The notes beneath the pieces were generated by a model. That model was given only the letters and a program-made list of their open reading frames with translations. It was not told the origin of the DNA and did no database searches. A stretch of DNA of 64,000 nt from NCBI GenBank assembly GCA_018057705.1, contig JAGPDF010000004.1:12140-76139 (forward strand), in the 5' to 3' direction. This DNA comes from Thermoanaerobaculia bacterium (GTDB taxonomy: Bacteria; Acidobacteriota; Thermoanaerobaculia; Multivoradales; JAGPDF01). A program made the position numbers and the translations under genes. Of this stretch, positions 1-11,219 are shown piece after piece (within the stretch, counting starts at the first letter, position 1; each line of letters starts with the position of its first letter).

Positions 1-12
1 GGGATTCTCGCA

Positions 13-1670
13 GTGGGACTCGTCGTCCCCACCCATCGCGGCATCCACGGCGCGCTCGAGCGGCTGCAGTACGGCCGCGCCTTCGGCCGTCGCCGGGGCC
101 TCGCGCGGGTGGCGCAGGATCTCCTCCAGGAGCGCGACCTCGACCGGCTCTGCCAGGCACTGCTCTCCGAGGCCGAGCAGGCGCTCGACCTCGAGCGCAC
201 GAATCTCCTCCTCCTCCAGGGACCGGCGCTGGTGCCGGTGCGACCCCACCCCGGATTGCCACGCGCCATCGCTTTAGCAACGCTGCGCGACGGCCTCTGG
301 GAGGGCGATTTCGAGACGCTTCAGCCGATCGGCCTGCCCGGCGAGTCGGCGACCGTCGAGCAGCAGCTCTACGTCGCCGGCTACCGCTACGTTTTCCCGC
401 TGCTCGTCCGCGGCCATCAGATCGGCCTGGCTCTCACCTCGCTGCGCCGCGACCGGCTGCCGCTCTCCACCGAGGATGTCGAGATCGTCCGCACCCTGCT
501 CGACCAGGCGGCGCTCGCCATCGAGAACGCCCAGCTCCTCGACCAGGTGCACCGGCAGCTCGCGCGGGTGACCTCGCTGCAGCGCCACAACGAGGAGATC
601 CTCGAGTCGTCGCCGGCGGGCATCGTGGTGCTCGACACCGAGGGCCGGGTGACCTCCGCCAACCTCGCTTTCGCGGCGATCGCCGGGCGCACACGCGGCG
701 AGCTCCTGGGCGCGAAAATCCTGGAGATCTTCCCGCTCGACGCTCTGCCGGAGCCCGGATCGGGCATCCGCCAGCTTTCGTTCGAGGACGCGAGCGGCGG
801 CCTGCGTCATCTGCAACTGACCGCCGCTCCACTCCCCGACCTCGCAGAGGCCGCTGCGGGTCCGCGCGCCGATCGTGTGCTGGTCGTCCAGGACGTCTCC
901 GAACGGGTGGCGATGGAACGCGCGATGCGCGAGCAGGATCGCCTCGCCTCCCTGGGAGTCCTCGCCGCCGGCGTGGCGCACGAAGTGAACACGCCGCTCA
1001 CCGGCATCTCGAGCTATGCCCAGATGCTGCTCGCGGATACCGACGCCTCCGATCCGCGACGGGAGCTCCTGCAGAAGGTCGAACGCCAGACCTTCCGCGC
1101 CTCGCGTATCGTCAACGGCCTGCTCGAGTTCGCGCGCAAGCGCGACCACGAGAGCGGCCCGGTGGCGCTCTCGGCGCTCCTGCAGGAGACCGCCGATCTG
1201 CTGCGCGAACGCCTCCAGGCGCGCGGGGTCGTCATCGAGTGGCAGTTGCCCGAGGCGGCGCCGGTGGTCTCGGGCTCGGAGGGCGAGCTGCAGCAGGTGT
1301 TCACCAACCTGTTGCTCAACGCCCTCGACGCCGCCCCCGAACAGGGCGGCAGGATCGTCATCGCGATCGACGCCGAGCCGGCACGCCCCGGTGCAACCCC
1401 TGGCGTCCAGGTGCGTATCGAAGACAACGGCTCGGGGATCGAAGCGCAGCACCTGGCCAAGGTCTTCGAACCGTTCTACACCACGAAGACGGGCAAGGGG
1501 GGCACGGGATTGGGTCTCGCCATCAGCCGGAGCATCATCGAACAGCACGGCGGGCGCATCCGGGTCGAGAGCTCCGGGAAGGACCTGGGCTGCCGCTTCG
1601 TGGTGGAGCTTCCCGGCCCCGGCAAGGCCTTTGCGGCGCCGTCCCCGTCCGACACCGCGCGAGAGCCGGC

Positions 1671-1674
<4 letters not shown>
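13..1674 (+). CDS. Two-component sensor histidine kinase (GAF/PAS - HisKA - HATPase_c); 5' end probably truncated by the window edge
   Basis: HisKA H-box 'AHEVNTPLTGISSYAQML'; HATPase G2 box 'GTGLGLAISRSIIEQHGGRIRVES'; N-terminal sensor region with a GAF/PAS-like PAGIVVLDTEG segment. The ORF starts at the first in-window ATG and ends in an ATGA overlap with the downstream response regulator. Confidence 0.8.
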
Positions 1675-3062
<1,388 letters not shown>

Positions 3063-3136
3063 CCCTCCGAGGGCGGCTCATGCTTCGCCGGAGGGTCTCG
3101 CAAGTGACTCTATTCAATGGGTTTGCAGTGTACCCT

Positions 3137-3165
3137 TTGCGCCTGCTGGCGCCCTCGGGTAGAAT
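3137..3165 (+). promoter_or_regulatory. Putative sigma-70 promoter for rpmE (TTGCGC - 17 nt - TAGAAT)
   Basis: -35 ttgcgc at 3137-3142, 17-nt spacer, -10 tagaat at 3160-3165, about 55 nt upstream of the rpmE ATG; RBS aggaagg at 3207-3213. Confidence 0.35.
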
Positions 3166-3219
3166 TTGCGGTCCGCGCGCGATGTTCGCGTGCGTCGGTC
3201 CAAGTCAGGAAGGCGTCGC

Positions 3220-3423
3220 ATGAAGACTGACATCCATCCGGTACTTCACATGGTCACCGCGGTCTGTGCCTGCGGAAACACGTTCGAAACGCATTCGACG
3301 AAGAAAGAGCTGCGCCTCGAGATCTGCAGCGCCTGCCATCCGTTCTTCACCGGCAAGCAGAAGCTGATCGATACCGCCGGCCGCGTCGAGCGCTTCAACC
3401 GCCGCTACACGAAGTCCGCCTAG
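3220..3423 (+). CDS. rpmE: 50S ribosomal protein L31
   Basis: Translation '[48 protein letters not shown]...' matches L31 over its full length, including the zinc-binding Cys pairs. Confidence 0.9.
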   Translation: MKTDIHPVLHMVTAVCACGNTFETHSTKKELRLEICSACHPFFTGKQKLIDTAGRVERFNRRYTKSA

Positions 3424-3455
3424 CCATTCCGCGCGCAGATCCCGCCCCGGGTCGC

Positions 3456-3510
3456 CACCGTTTTCCGCGGTCGGCGCCCGGGGTTTTGATTTGGCGCCCG
3501 GTTTCGCCCC
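3456..3510 (+). terminator. Possible rpmE terminator region (imperfect hairpin followed by a T-rich run)
   Basis: gccaccgttttccgcggtcggcg (imperfect stem) followed by gggttttgatttgg, 30-80 nt after the rpmE stop. Confidence 0.25.
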
Positions 3511-3546
3511 TTCGCAGCTTGCCAGGATCGCGATGATCGCCACCTC

Positions 3547-4641
3547 ATGATCGACCGTCTGCTGGCCCTCGAGGCTTCGCACGCCGAGCTCACCGCGCGG
3601 CTCGCTCTGCCGGAGGTCCATTCGGACCCCAAGGCGGTGCGCGAGATCAGCAAGGCGCTCGCCGAGATCGACCCGATCGTCACTCTTTTCCGGCGCCTGC
3701 GCGACGTCGAAAAGGAGCTCGCCGAGGCGCTGGAGATGGTGGCCTCGGCCGAGGCCACCGCGGACGCCGACCTGCACGCCATGGCCGAAACCGAGGCTGG
3801 AAGCCTCGCCCTGCAGCGCGACGCGCTCGACCGGGAGATCAGACAGGCGCTCGTGCCGAAGGACCCGAACGACAGCCGGAACGTCGTCCTCGAGATCCGC
3901 GCCGGCACCGGCGGCGACGAGGCCTCGCTCTTCGCCGCCGAGCTCTTCCGCATGTACAGCCGCTACGCCGAGCGCCGCGGCTGGCGAGTCGAGGTCATCG
4001 ACCTGTCGGAGTCCGAGGCCGGCGGCATCAAGGAGGTCTCGGCGATCATCGAGGGCCAAGGCGCCTACAGCAAGCTGAAGCACGAGGGGGGCACCCACCG
4101 CGTGCAGCGGGTGCCACAGACGGAAGCCTCCGGCCGGATTCACACCTCCGCCGCCACCGTCGCCATCCTGCCCGAGGCCGACGACGTCGAGGTCGAGGTG
4201 CACGAGAAGGACTTGCGCGTCGACCGCTTCTGCGCCTCCGGTCCGGGCGGCCAGGGGGTCAACACGACCTACTCCGCCGTCCGCCTCACCCATCTGCCGA
4301 CCGGCCTCGTGGTCTCCTGCCAGGACGAGCGCAGCCAGATCAAGAACCGCGAGAAGGCGATGCGGGTGCTGAAGGCGCGCCTCTACGACCTCGAGCGCGA
4401 GAAAGCCGATTCGGCGATGTCGGCCGAACGCCGCAAGATGGTCGGCTCGGGCGACCGCTCGGAGAAGATCCGCACCTACAACTTCCCGCAGAACCGGATC
4501 ACCGACCACCGCATCGGGCTCACCCTGCACCAGCTGCCGGCGGTGCTCGGGGGCGAACTCGACGCCCTTCTCCATCCGCTCGTCGAGTACTTCCAGGCGC
4601 AGAAGATGGACGAAGCCGCGCGCAGCAGCACGACCGCCTGA
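3547..4641 (+). CDS. prfA: Peptide chain release factor 1
   Basis: GGQ motif '[33 protein letters not shown]'; RF1-type stop-codon recognition region '[23 protein letters not shown]'; about 364 aa. Confidence 0.95.
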   Translation: MIDRLLALEASHAELTARLALPEVHSDPKAVREISKALAEIDPIVTLFRRLRDVEKELAEALEMVASAEATADADLHAMAETEAGSLALQRDALDREIRQALVPKDPNDSRNVVLEIRAGTGGDEASLFAAELFRMYSRYAERRGWRVEVIDLSESEAGGIKEVSAIIEGQGAYSKLKHEGGTHRVQRVPQTEASGRIHTSAATVAILPEADDVEVEVHEKDLRVDRFCASGPGGQGVNTTYSAVRLTHLPTGLVVSCQDERSQIKNREKAMRVLKARLYDLEREKADSAMSAERRKMVGSGDRSEKIRTYNFPQNRITDHRIGLTLHQLPAVLGGELDALLHPLVEYFQAQKMDEAARSSTTA

Positions 4642-4675
4642 GCGCCGGCGCCGCCGGCTCGACCTCCGCCGGGCC

Positions 4676-5605
4676 TCAGGTCGCCGCGACCTCGCGTTTC
4701 GGCTCGTCGTAGAGGATCGCCGCGAGCGCCGCGAGAATGAGCGCCCCGGCGACGACCACCCGCCCGGAGACCGGCTCGTCGACGATCCACCAACCCAGAA
4801 GCACCGCGACGATCGGATTGACGAAGGCGTAGGTCGAGACCACCGTCGGCCGCGCGTTGCGCAGCAGGTAGGCGTACGCGGTGAAGGCGACGATCGAACC
4901 GAAGATCACCAGATAGGCGAATGCCCAGAGCGCCGACGCCGTCACCTGCGAAGGATCGAAGGCGGTCCACTCGCCGCTGCCGCCGCCGAGCAGCAGGAGC
5001 ATCGCGCCGCCGGCCAGCATCTGGCTGCCGGTCGAGATCCAGGGCGAATCGGGGAGCTTCGCCCGGGTCGAATAGAGCGAGCCCAACGCCCAGAAGAAGG
5101 AGGCCAGGACGACCGCGAGGGCGCCGGCGATGTCGATTCCACTTTCGCCCATGCCGCCGACTCCGCCGACGAGCACGAAGACGCCCGCGAGTCCGATGGC
5201 GATGCCGGCGTAGGTGCGCAGCCCGGGCCGCCGGCCGCCGGTGACGATCGGCACGAGGACCGCGATCCAGAACGGCTCGGTGGCGATGAGGAGTGCCGCG
5301 ATTCCCGAGGGGATGTGATGCTCGGCCCAGACCACCAGTCCGTTGCCGCCGACGAGGAGCAGGGCGCCGATGACCGCGATCGGCAGCAGCGTCTTCGCCT
5401 CCGGGCGCTTGCCGCCGCGCAGGCGCCCCCAGCCGTAGAGCAGCGCGCCCGCGATCAGGTAGCGCACCCCCGCCATGGAGAACGTCGGCAGCGACTCGAT
5501 CGCCAGCCGGATCGCGAGGTAGGTCGAGCCCCAGACGAGGTAGACCGCGAGGAGCGCCGCGAGCGTCTTGCCCCGGAAAAGGCTGCGGCCGTCGAAAGTG
5601 GTCAT
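4676..5605 (-). CDS. EamA/DMT-family transporter (10-TM drug/metabolite exporter)
   Basis: Starts 'MTTFDGRSLF...'; two EamA-like hydrophobic halves, C-terminal 'YAFVNPIVAVLLGWWIVDEPVSG'. Start ATG 5605 overlaps the lrp stop (ATGA). Confidence 0.8.
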   Translation of the reverse strand: MTTFDGRSLFRGKTLAALLAVYLVWGSTYLAIRLAIESLPTFSMAGVRYLIAGALLYGWGRLRGGKRPEAKTLLPIAVIGALLLVGGNGLVVWAEHHIPSGIAALLIATEPFWIAVLVPIVTGGRRPGLRTYAGIAIGLAGVFVLVGGVGGMGESGIDIAGALAVVLASFFWALGSLYSTRAKLPDSPWISTGSQMLAGGAMLLLLGGGSGEWTAFDPSQVTASALWAFAYLVIFGSIVAFTAYAYLLRNARPTVVSTYAFVNPIVAVLLGWWIVDEPVSGRVVVAGALILAALAAILYDEPKREVAAT

Positions 5606-6099
5606 CTTGTCTCCCGCGCTTCGACCTCTTCCGCCGGCGGCGCCGGGGGCGAAGGAATCGGCAGATCGAGACCTTCCTTGACGGTCCCGAGGGCAATGGT
5701 GGTGCGCGTCCGGCGAATCGCCGGAAAGGTGCCGAGCGACTCCTGCAGAAAGCGCCCGAGATCGCCGGTCGAGGCGCAGCGGACTTTGAGGAGGTAGCAG
5801 TCTTCGCCGGCGATGTGGTGCACCTCCTGCACCTCGGGCAGACGCGCGAGCTGCTCGCCGGTCGTGCCCTCGGTGAGGCGGTCGTCGACCTGAACGGAGA
5901 TGAACGCCAGGAGCCCGCGGCCGAGCGCTTCGGGGTCGAGGCGGGCGTGAAAGCCGCGCACGACGCCGCGCTGCTCGAGCTTGCGGATCCGTTCGTGGAC
6001 GGCCGAGGCCGCCAGTCCGACCCGGCGGGAGATCTCCGCGTTGCCGATGCGCGCGTCGGCCTGCAGGAGCGACAGAATTTGAAGGTCTTTTTCGTCCAT
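5602..6099 (-). CDS. Lrp/AsnC-family transcriptional regulator
   Basis: Typical Lrp N-terminus 'MDEKDLQILSLLQADARIGNAEISRRVGLAASAVHERIRKLEQRGVV' (HTH) followed by an RAM/ACT-like domain. The longer ORF to 6294 is unlikely. Confidence 0.85.
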   Translation of the reverse strand: MDEKDLQILSLLQADARIGNAEISRRVGLAASAVHERIRKLEQRGVVRGFHARLDPEALGRGLLAFISVQVDDRLTEGTTGEQLARLPEVQEVHHIAGEDCYLLKVRCASTGDLGRFLQESLGTFPAIRRTRTTIALGTVKEGLDLPIPSPPAPPAEEVEARETR

Positions 6100-6227
6100 A
6101 ACGCGGTGATTGTATAACTTTGCCGATGATTCGTCTACATTGCTTGATATTCCCAGTCGAATCAACTTTCCAGTCAATAGCTGAAGTCCGTCGGACGGTT
6201 TCGCCCCCGCGACCATAAGATCCCGGC
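6100..6227. promoter_or_regulatory. AT-rich divergent intergenic region between lrp (-) and prmC (+); probable shared promoter/operator region
   Basis: Locally AT-rich stretch (tgtataactttgccgatgattcgtctacattgcttgatattcc...) inside a roughly 70% GC genome, flanked by divergent start codons; Lrp-type regulators bind AT-rich operators. Confidence 0.35.
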
Positions 6228-7082
6228 GTGACGAGCCTTCGCCAACTGGTGACCCGCGGCCGGCAGACGCTCGCCGCTGCCGGCATCGCAGCACCCGGCC
6301 GCGAGGCGGCCCTCCTTCTGGGCTCGCTCCTCGGTCTCTCGGAGGTGCAGATTCGCTCGCGCGACGACGAGTCCGCCGGCCCCGCGCTCGCCGCCCGTTT
6401 CTCGGGCCTTCTCGAACGCCGCGCGAGCGGCGAGCCCGCCGCCTACCTGCTCGGCCGGCGGGAGTTCTACGGCCGCACGTTCGGGGTCGACGAGCGCGTG
6501 CTCATTCCCCGGCCGGAGACGGAGTTGCTGGTCGAGATCGCCCTGGGCCTCGACGCAGCGCTGCCCGACGAGGCCCTCGTGCTCGACATCGGCACCGGCT
6601 CGGGTTGTATCGCCCTCACGCTCGCCGCCGAGCGTCCGCGATGGCAGGTGCTGGCGACCGACCTCTCGCCCGGCGCCCTCGCCTGCGCGCAGGAGAACGC
6701 CCGGCGGCTCGCCCTCGAGCACCGCGTCCGCTTCCTCGCCGCCGATCTCGCCGGACCGATCGCTCTCGAAAGGCTCGACCTGGTGGTCTCGAACCCGCCC
6801 TACGTGGACCCCGGCGAGCCGGCCCTCGTGGCCCTCGACGTGCGCACCCACGAGCCGCATCTGGCGCTCTTCGCGGCCGACCAGGGCCTCGCGATCCTGG
6901 CGCGCCTTTTCGACCTGGCGAAAGGCTTGCACGGCGGAGCTGTGCTCGCCTGCGAGATCGGCTTCGGCCAACTCGCTGCCGTTCTGGCTCTGGCGGGCGA
7001 CCGGCGGTGGCTCGAGCTCCTCGAGATCCGCACCGACCTCGCGGGTATCGCGCGGGATGTGGTATTCAGAAGGGCATCGTAG
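6228..7082 (+). CDS. prmC: Release factor glutamine N5-methyltransferase (HemK/PrmC)
   Basis: SAM motif 'VLDIGTGSGCIAL'; catalytic 'NPPY' ('VVSNPPYVD'); GTG start; lies downstream of prfA. Confidence 0.85.
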   Translation: MTSLRQLVTRGRQTLAAAGIAAPGREAALLLGSLLGLSEVQIRSRDDESAGPALAARFSGLLERRASGEPAAYLLGRREFYGRTFGVDERVLIPRPETELLVEIALGLDAALPDEALVLDIGTGSGCIALTLAAERPRWQVLATDLSPGALACAQENARRLALEHRVRFLAADLAGPIALERLDLVVSNPPYVDPGEPALVALDVRTHEPHLALFAADQGLAILARLFDLAKGLHGGAVLACEIGFGQLAAVLALAGDRRWLELLEIRTDLAGIARDVVFRRAS

Positions 7083-7109
7083 TTTCTGTCGAAGAAAGGG
7101 CGTTCCCCC

Positions 7110-8432
7110 GTGGATCAATTTCGCATCGTCGGACCGACCCGACTCGCCGGCAGAGTCAGCGCCGGCGGAGCCAAGAACGCCGCCCTCCCTGAGCTCGCGG
7201 CGACGCTGCTCACCGACGAACCGGTGCGCCTCGATGGCGTGCCGCGGGTCCGCGACCTCGAGACCATGCGCAAGCTTTTGGCCCACCTGGGCCAAGGCAG
7301 CCAGACGACCTCGGGCGGCCTCCTTCTCGCGCCGAGCGGCGCGCCGTCCGACGACGACGCCCCCTACGAACTGGTGAAGACGATGCGCGCCAGCATCCTG
7401 GTCCTCGGACCGCTGGTGGCGCGGCGCGGCCACGCCCGCGTGTCGCTGCCTGGCGGCTGTGCCATCGGCGTGCGGCCGATCGATCAGCATCTGGCCGGGC
7501 TCGCCGCGCTGGGCGCCACAGTGAACCTGGCGCACGGCTATGTCGACGTTCACGCGCCGCATCTGGTCGGCGGCCGTTTTCGTTTTGCGATGCCGACCGT
7601 CACCGGCACCGAGAACCTCCTCATGGCGGCGGTACTCGCCCGGGGAGAGACGGTGCTCGACAACTGCGCCTGCGAGCCCGAGGTGGTCGACCTCGCCCGG
7701 TTGTTGGTCGCGATGGGCGCCGAGATCGAAGGCGCCGGCACCGAGACGATCCGGCTGCGCGGCGTCCCCGCCCTGCACGGCGCCTCGCATCGCGTCATTC
7801 CCGACCGGATCGAGGCGGGAACCTACCTGATCGCGGGCGCCATCACCGGCGGTGAGGTCACGCTCGAAGGTGGCAGTGCCGACGACCTGGCGCCCCTCCT
7901 CGACCTGCTGCGCGGCTGCGGCGTCACGGTCGAAGTCGCGGCCAGCGGCGAGATCACGGTCGCCCGCGACGGCGCGCTCAAGCCGCGGGACGTCGTCACC
8001 GCCCCGTTCCCCGGCTTTCCGACCGACCTGCAGGCGCAGTGCATGGCTCTCGCGACGCAGGCGCAGGGGATGACGACGATCTGCGAGACGGTATTCGAGA
8101 ACCGCTTCCAGCACGCCGCCGAGCTGGCGCGAATGGGCGCCGACATCCGGCTCGACGGGCGTTACGCCCGCGTGCACGGCAGGACCGCGCTCTCGGGCGC
8201 GACCGTCATGGCGACCGACCTGCGCGCCTCGGCCTGCCTCGTGCTCGCCGGGCTGGTGGCGGAGGGCGAGACGATCGTCGATCGCATCTACCATCTCGAT
8301 CGCGGTTACGAGGCGATGGAGGCGAAGTTGAACGCCCTCGGCGCCCAGGTCTCGCGGATCGGCGGCACCGGTCTCGGCGCCGCCGACAGAGCCGACGTCG
8401 CGGGCACGCCTGCCACACCCGTGAACCGTTGA
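7110..8432 (+). CDS. murA: UDP-N-acetylglucosamine 1-carboxyvinyltransferase
   Basis: Full-length EPSP-synthase-fold protein: N-terminus 'MDQFRIVGPTRLAGRVSAGGAKNAALPELAATLL', active-site Cys 'PGGCAIGVRPID', C-terminus '...IVDRIYHLDRGYEAMEAKLNALGA'. GTG start with RBS gaaaggg. Confidence 0.9.
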   Translation: MDQFRIVGPTRLAGRVSAGGAKNAALPELAATLLTDEPVRLDGVPRVRDLETMRKLLAHLGQGSQTTSGGLLLAPSGAPSDDDAPYELVKTMRASILVLGPLVARRGHARVSLPGGCAIGVRPIDQHLAGLAALGATVNLAHGYVDVHAPHLVGGRFRFAMPTVTGTENLLMAAVLARGETVLDNCACEPEVVDLARLLVAMGAEIEGAGTETIRLRGVPALHGASHRVIPDRIEAGTYLIAGAITGGEVTLEGGSADDLAPLLDLLRGCGVTVEVAASGEITVARDGALKPRDVVTAPFPGFPTDLQAQCMALATQAQGMTTICETVFENRFQHAAELARMGADIRLDGRYARVHGRTALSGATVMATDLRASACLVLAGLVAEGETIVDRIYHLDRGYEAMEAKLNALGAQVSRIGGTGLGAADRADVAGTPATPVNR

Positions 8433-8464
8433 CGCGGCTTGCGGACGAACGGGAGAAAACGGTC

Positions 8465-8812
8465 ATGGACAACGGATGCCTCTTCTGTCGCATCGTCGCC
8501 GGCGAGATTCCTGTCCGGCGGCTGTTCGAGGACGACGAGCTCATCGCCTTCGCGGACATCGCTCCGCAGGCCCCCGTGCACCTGCTGATCGTGCCGAAAC
8601 GCCATGTGCCGCATCTGTTCGCCTCCGGCGTGGACGACGCGCCGCTTCTCGGCCGGATGGTCACCACAGCCACCGATCTGGCGCGCCAGGCCGGGCTCGA
8701 AAGCGGCGGATTTCGTCTGGTCATGAACTGCCTCGCCGGCGCCGGGCAGTCGGTCTTCCATCTCCATCTCCACCTGCTCGGCGGCCGCCCGCTCGTCTGG
8801 CCTCCGGGATGA
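8465..8812 (+). CDS. HIT-family (histidine triad) nucleotide hydrolase
   Basis: 'MDNGCLFCRIVAGEIP...' and HxHxHxx motif 'SVFHLHLHLLGG'. Confidence 0.85.
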   Translation: MDNGCLFCRIVAGEIPVRRLFEDDELIAFADIAPQAPVHLLIVPKRHVPHLFASGVDDAPLLGRMVTTATDLARQAGLESGGFRLVMNCLAGAGQSVFHLHLHLLGGRPLVWPPG

Positions 8813-8819
8813 TCCGTCG

Positions 8820-11120
8820 ATGATCCTGCGGCTCGCTTCGATGCTGCTCGCGGCCACGATCGATCCGCGCATCGGCCTCGTCGAGCTGCAGGGAGCCGGA
8901 GAGAACGAGAGGGCGCTCGAGGAGGCGAAGTGTCTCGCCGACGCCGAGCCCGGCCGCGCCCGCGCCATCGGGCTCGACTTCCTGCGCGGCCATCTGCTGG
9001 AGCGGCTCGGCCGGCTGAGCGAAGGGACCGAGGCTTTCGCGCTGGCGATCGGCGCCACTCCCGATCTCGCGCCGTGGGCGCGCTACCGGCTGGCGGCGGT
9101 GCAAGAGCAGCTGGGGCACCCGGAGGTCGCCGCCGGCATCAGCGCCACCCTCCTCGCCCAGGGCGCTCCCAAGAGGCTGATCCCGCCGGCGGCGACGCTC
9201 CTCTTCCGCACCGTGCGGCGCGGCGGCGATTGCCGGCTGCTGCGCGGCGTGCCGATCGCCACCCTCCCGCCGGGGACGGCGCGCGATTTCCGGCTGGTGG
9301 TCGCGGAGTGCCACCTGCGGCACGACCGCACGGCCGAGGCGAGACAAGAGCTCGAGCATCTCCTGGCCTCGGGCGCGAGCGACCTCGCCGCCTTCCGCGC
9401 CGCCGAGCTCTGGCTGGCGCTCTGGCCGCAGCCCGCCGATCGCGAGCTCGCCCGCGCGCTCGGCACGGCGCTCGCCCGACAACGCGATTTCACCGCCGCG
9501 ATTCCTCTTCTCGAACGCGCTCTCGTGGGTTCGACCGACTCCGGCTCCGGGCGGGACGCCGAGACCCTCTACCTTCTCGCGCGCGCCGAATTCTGGTCGG
9601 GCCGCTACCCGGAGGCGGCGCGGCATTTCGATCGCCTGGCGGCCGCCGCGAAGAGCCCCACGATGCGCGCCGACGCCCGGTACCAGCAGGCCCGCAGCCT
9701 CGAGCTCGTCGGCGACTGGCCGCGCGCCCTGGTCCTCTTCGACCAGGCCTACACCGCCGAGCCGCTCGGTGAATGGTCGGGCGCCGCCTTGCTCGCGAGC
9801 TTCCGGCTGCGCTGGCTCTCCGGTGACGAGGCCGGCGCCGCGAGACTCCTGGACCACCTCGCCACCCAACGCAGCTGGCGCCCGTCTCTCGCCCGCGGCG
9901 CCATCTTCGCGGCGGTCTCCGAGATCGTGCGCGGCGACTCGAGCGAGCGTCCGGCCCACCGGCTGCGGACGGCGGAGCGCACCGGCGCGGCGGCCGGCGA
10001 GGAGCTCGCCTACTGGCGGGGCCGGCTGGCCGAGCTGCGCAGCGACCCGGAGGCGGCCGTCGGCCACTACCTGGAAGTGCTGCGCGAACGGCCGTTCCAT
10101 CCCCTCGCCACGGCGGCTCGCGGGCGCCTGGAGCGGCCGGAGCTCGCGCCGGCCGCCGAGCGGATCGGCCGGCGTCGGTCCGCCGGCAGGAGCCTCGAGG
10201 ATGCCTGGGCCGCCTGGACGCTGCTCGGCGAGAGCGACAGCGCGGGCCTTCTGGCCCGCCAGCGCGGCAGCGCCCTGCTCCGGGCGCAGCCGGCGCTCGC
10301 CCTGTGGATCGATTGGCAGCCGGTTCCGGTCGCCAGCTGGCCGATCTGGACCGCCGTGCTCCTCCAGCCGGAAGAGCGGCTCCTGGCGCTCGGCCTGTGG
10401 TCCGAGGGCAGCCCGGCGCAGGCGCGCCACTTCCCGAGTCAGCAGCGCCAACTCGCCTTCACCCTGGCGCATCAGCTCGACGCCGCCGGCGCGAGCGACC
10501 GCGCCATCGAGGTCGCGGAGCGCCTGTTCCAGGGGCGTCCCCAGCCGCTCCCCGCCGAGTGGGTTGCGGTCGACCTGCGCCGGCTCCTCTACCCGCTTCC
10601 CTACCGTGCCGAGCTCGGAAAACGGGTCGGATCCAACCCCGTCGACCTCTTCCTCCTGGCCGCCGTGATGCGCGAAGAGAGCCGCTTTCAGACGGAGGCC
10701 GTTTCGCCCGCTGCGGCCCGCGGCCTGGCGCAGCTCGTCCTGCCGACCGCCCGGCGGCTGGCGCGAAAACTCGGCTGGGGCGAGGTCCGCGCCGAGGAGC
10801 TGCACCAGCCGGCGATCTCCATCGCCCTGGGCGCCGCCTACCTCGCGGAGCTCAAGCTGCGCTTCGGCGAGGGGCCGAGCGCGGCGGCCGCCGCGCCCAT
10901 GTCGCCCCTGACGATCGCCGCCTACAACGCGGGTGAGGATCAGGCGACCCTCTGGCGGCGCTACTGCCAGACGGCAGAGCCCGAGGAGTACCTCGCCAAG
11001 GTCGGCTTCCGCGAGACCCGCTCCTATCTGGTTCGGGTTCTCGAGAGCCAGGCCCAGTATGCGGCGCTCTATGCGGATCCGGTCGCAGGCCGGCCGAACC
11101 GGGCAGGCCCGGCGAGATAA
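8820..11120 (+). CDS. Soluble lytic murein transglycosylase (Slt family; superhelical N-domain plus C-terminal SLT domain)
   Basis: SLT catalytic region 'LAAVMREESRFQTEAVSPAAARGLAQL...AYNAGEDQ' (ES catalytic pair, AYNAG motif); long helical-repeat N-terminus. Confidence 0.8.
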   Translation: MILRLASMLLAATIDPRIGLVELQGAGENERALEEAKCLADAEPGRARAIGLDFLRGHLLERLGRLSEGTEAFALAIGATPDLAPWARYRLAAVQEQLGHPEVAAGISATLLAQGAPKRLIPPAATLLFRTVRRGGDCRLLRGVPIATLPPGTARDFRLVVAECHLRHDRTAEARQELEHLLASGASDLAAFRAAELWLALWPQPADRELARALGTALARQRDFTAAIPLLERALVGSTDSGSGRDAETLYLLARAEFWSGRYPEAARHFDRLAAAAKSPTMRADARYQQARSLELVGDWPRALVLFDQAYTAEPLGEWSGAALLASFRLRWLSGDEAGAARLLDHLATQRSWRPSLARGAIFAAVSEIVRGDSSERPAHRLRTAERTGAAAGEELAYWRGRLAELRSDPEAAVGHYLEVLRERPFHPLATAARGRLERPELAPAAERIGRRRSAGRSLEDAWAAWTLLGESDSAGLLARQRGSALLRAQPALALWIDWQPVPVASWPIWTAVLLQPEERLLALGLWSEGSPAQARHFPSQQRQLAFTLAHQLDAAGASDRAIEVAERLFQGRPQPLPAEWVAVDLRRLLYPLPYRAELGKRVGSNPVDLFLLAAVMREESRFQTEAVSPAAARGLAQLVLPTARRLARKLGWGEVRAEELHQPAISIALGAAYLAELKLRFGEGPSAAAAAPMSPLTIAAYNAGEDQATLWRRYCQTAEPEEYLAKVGFRETRSYLVRVLESQAQYAALYADPVAGRPNRAGPAR

Positions 11121-11219
11121 GCCCGGCGCCCCCGGCCTCCCGATCCGGGAGCTGCCGCCAGCCTCGCCACCTCCCCCGGGGAGACCCGGCGAAAGGGGCC
11201 CTTGCCTCCCGATGGCAGC

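Noticed and set aside
274-1548. Long antisense ORFs opposite well-supported genes (e.g. 274-1548 -, 1016-3223 +, 3205-4575 -, 6174-8294 -, 8721-10805 -, 15663-18266 +, 18874-20574 +, 20613-22049 +, 23611-24747 +, 24408-25955 +, 43414-45477 +, 43583-45415 -, 45953-47575 +)
   Set aside because: At roughly 70% GC, stop codons are rare in all frames. These ORFs translate to Arg/Ala/Pro/Gly-rich low-complexity sequence with no family motifs, and each overlaps a gene with clear homology on the other strand or in another frame.
3473-3505. Direct repeat ggcgcccgg x2 downstream of rpmE
   Set aside because: Only 9 nt and GC-only; likely chance or part of an imperfect terminator structure, not a repeat element.
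4642-4675. Near-palindromic GC-rich run (gccggcgccgccggc) between the convergent prfA and eamA genes
   Set aside because: It could be a bidirectional terminator, but it is pure GC simple sequence without a clear stem-loop; the evidence is too weak.
11202-11219. Upstream TTG start (11202) for ogt
   Set aside because: An in-frame ATG at 11220 gives a normal-length Ogt N-domain; the TTG extension adds six residues with no support. It remains possible.
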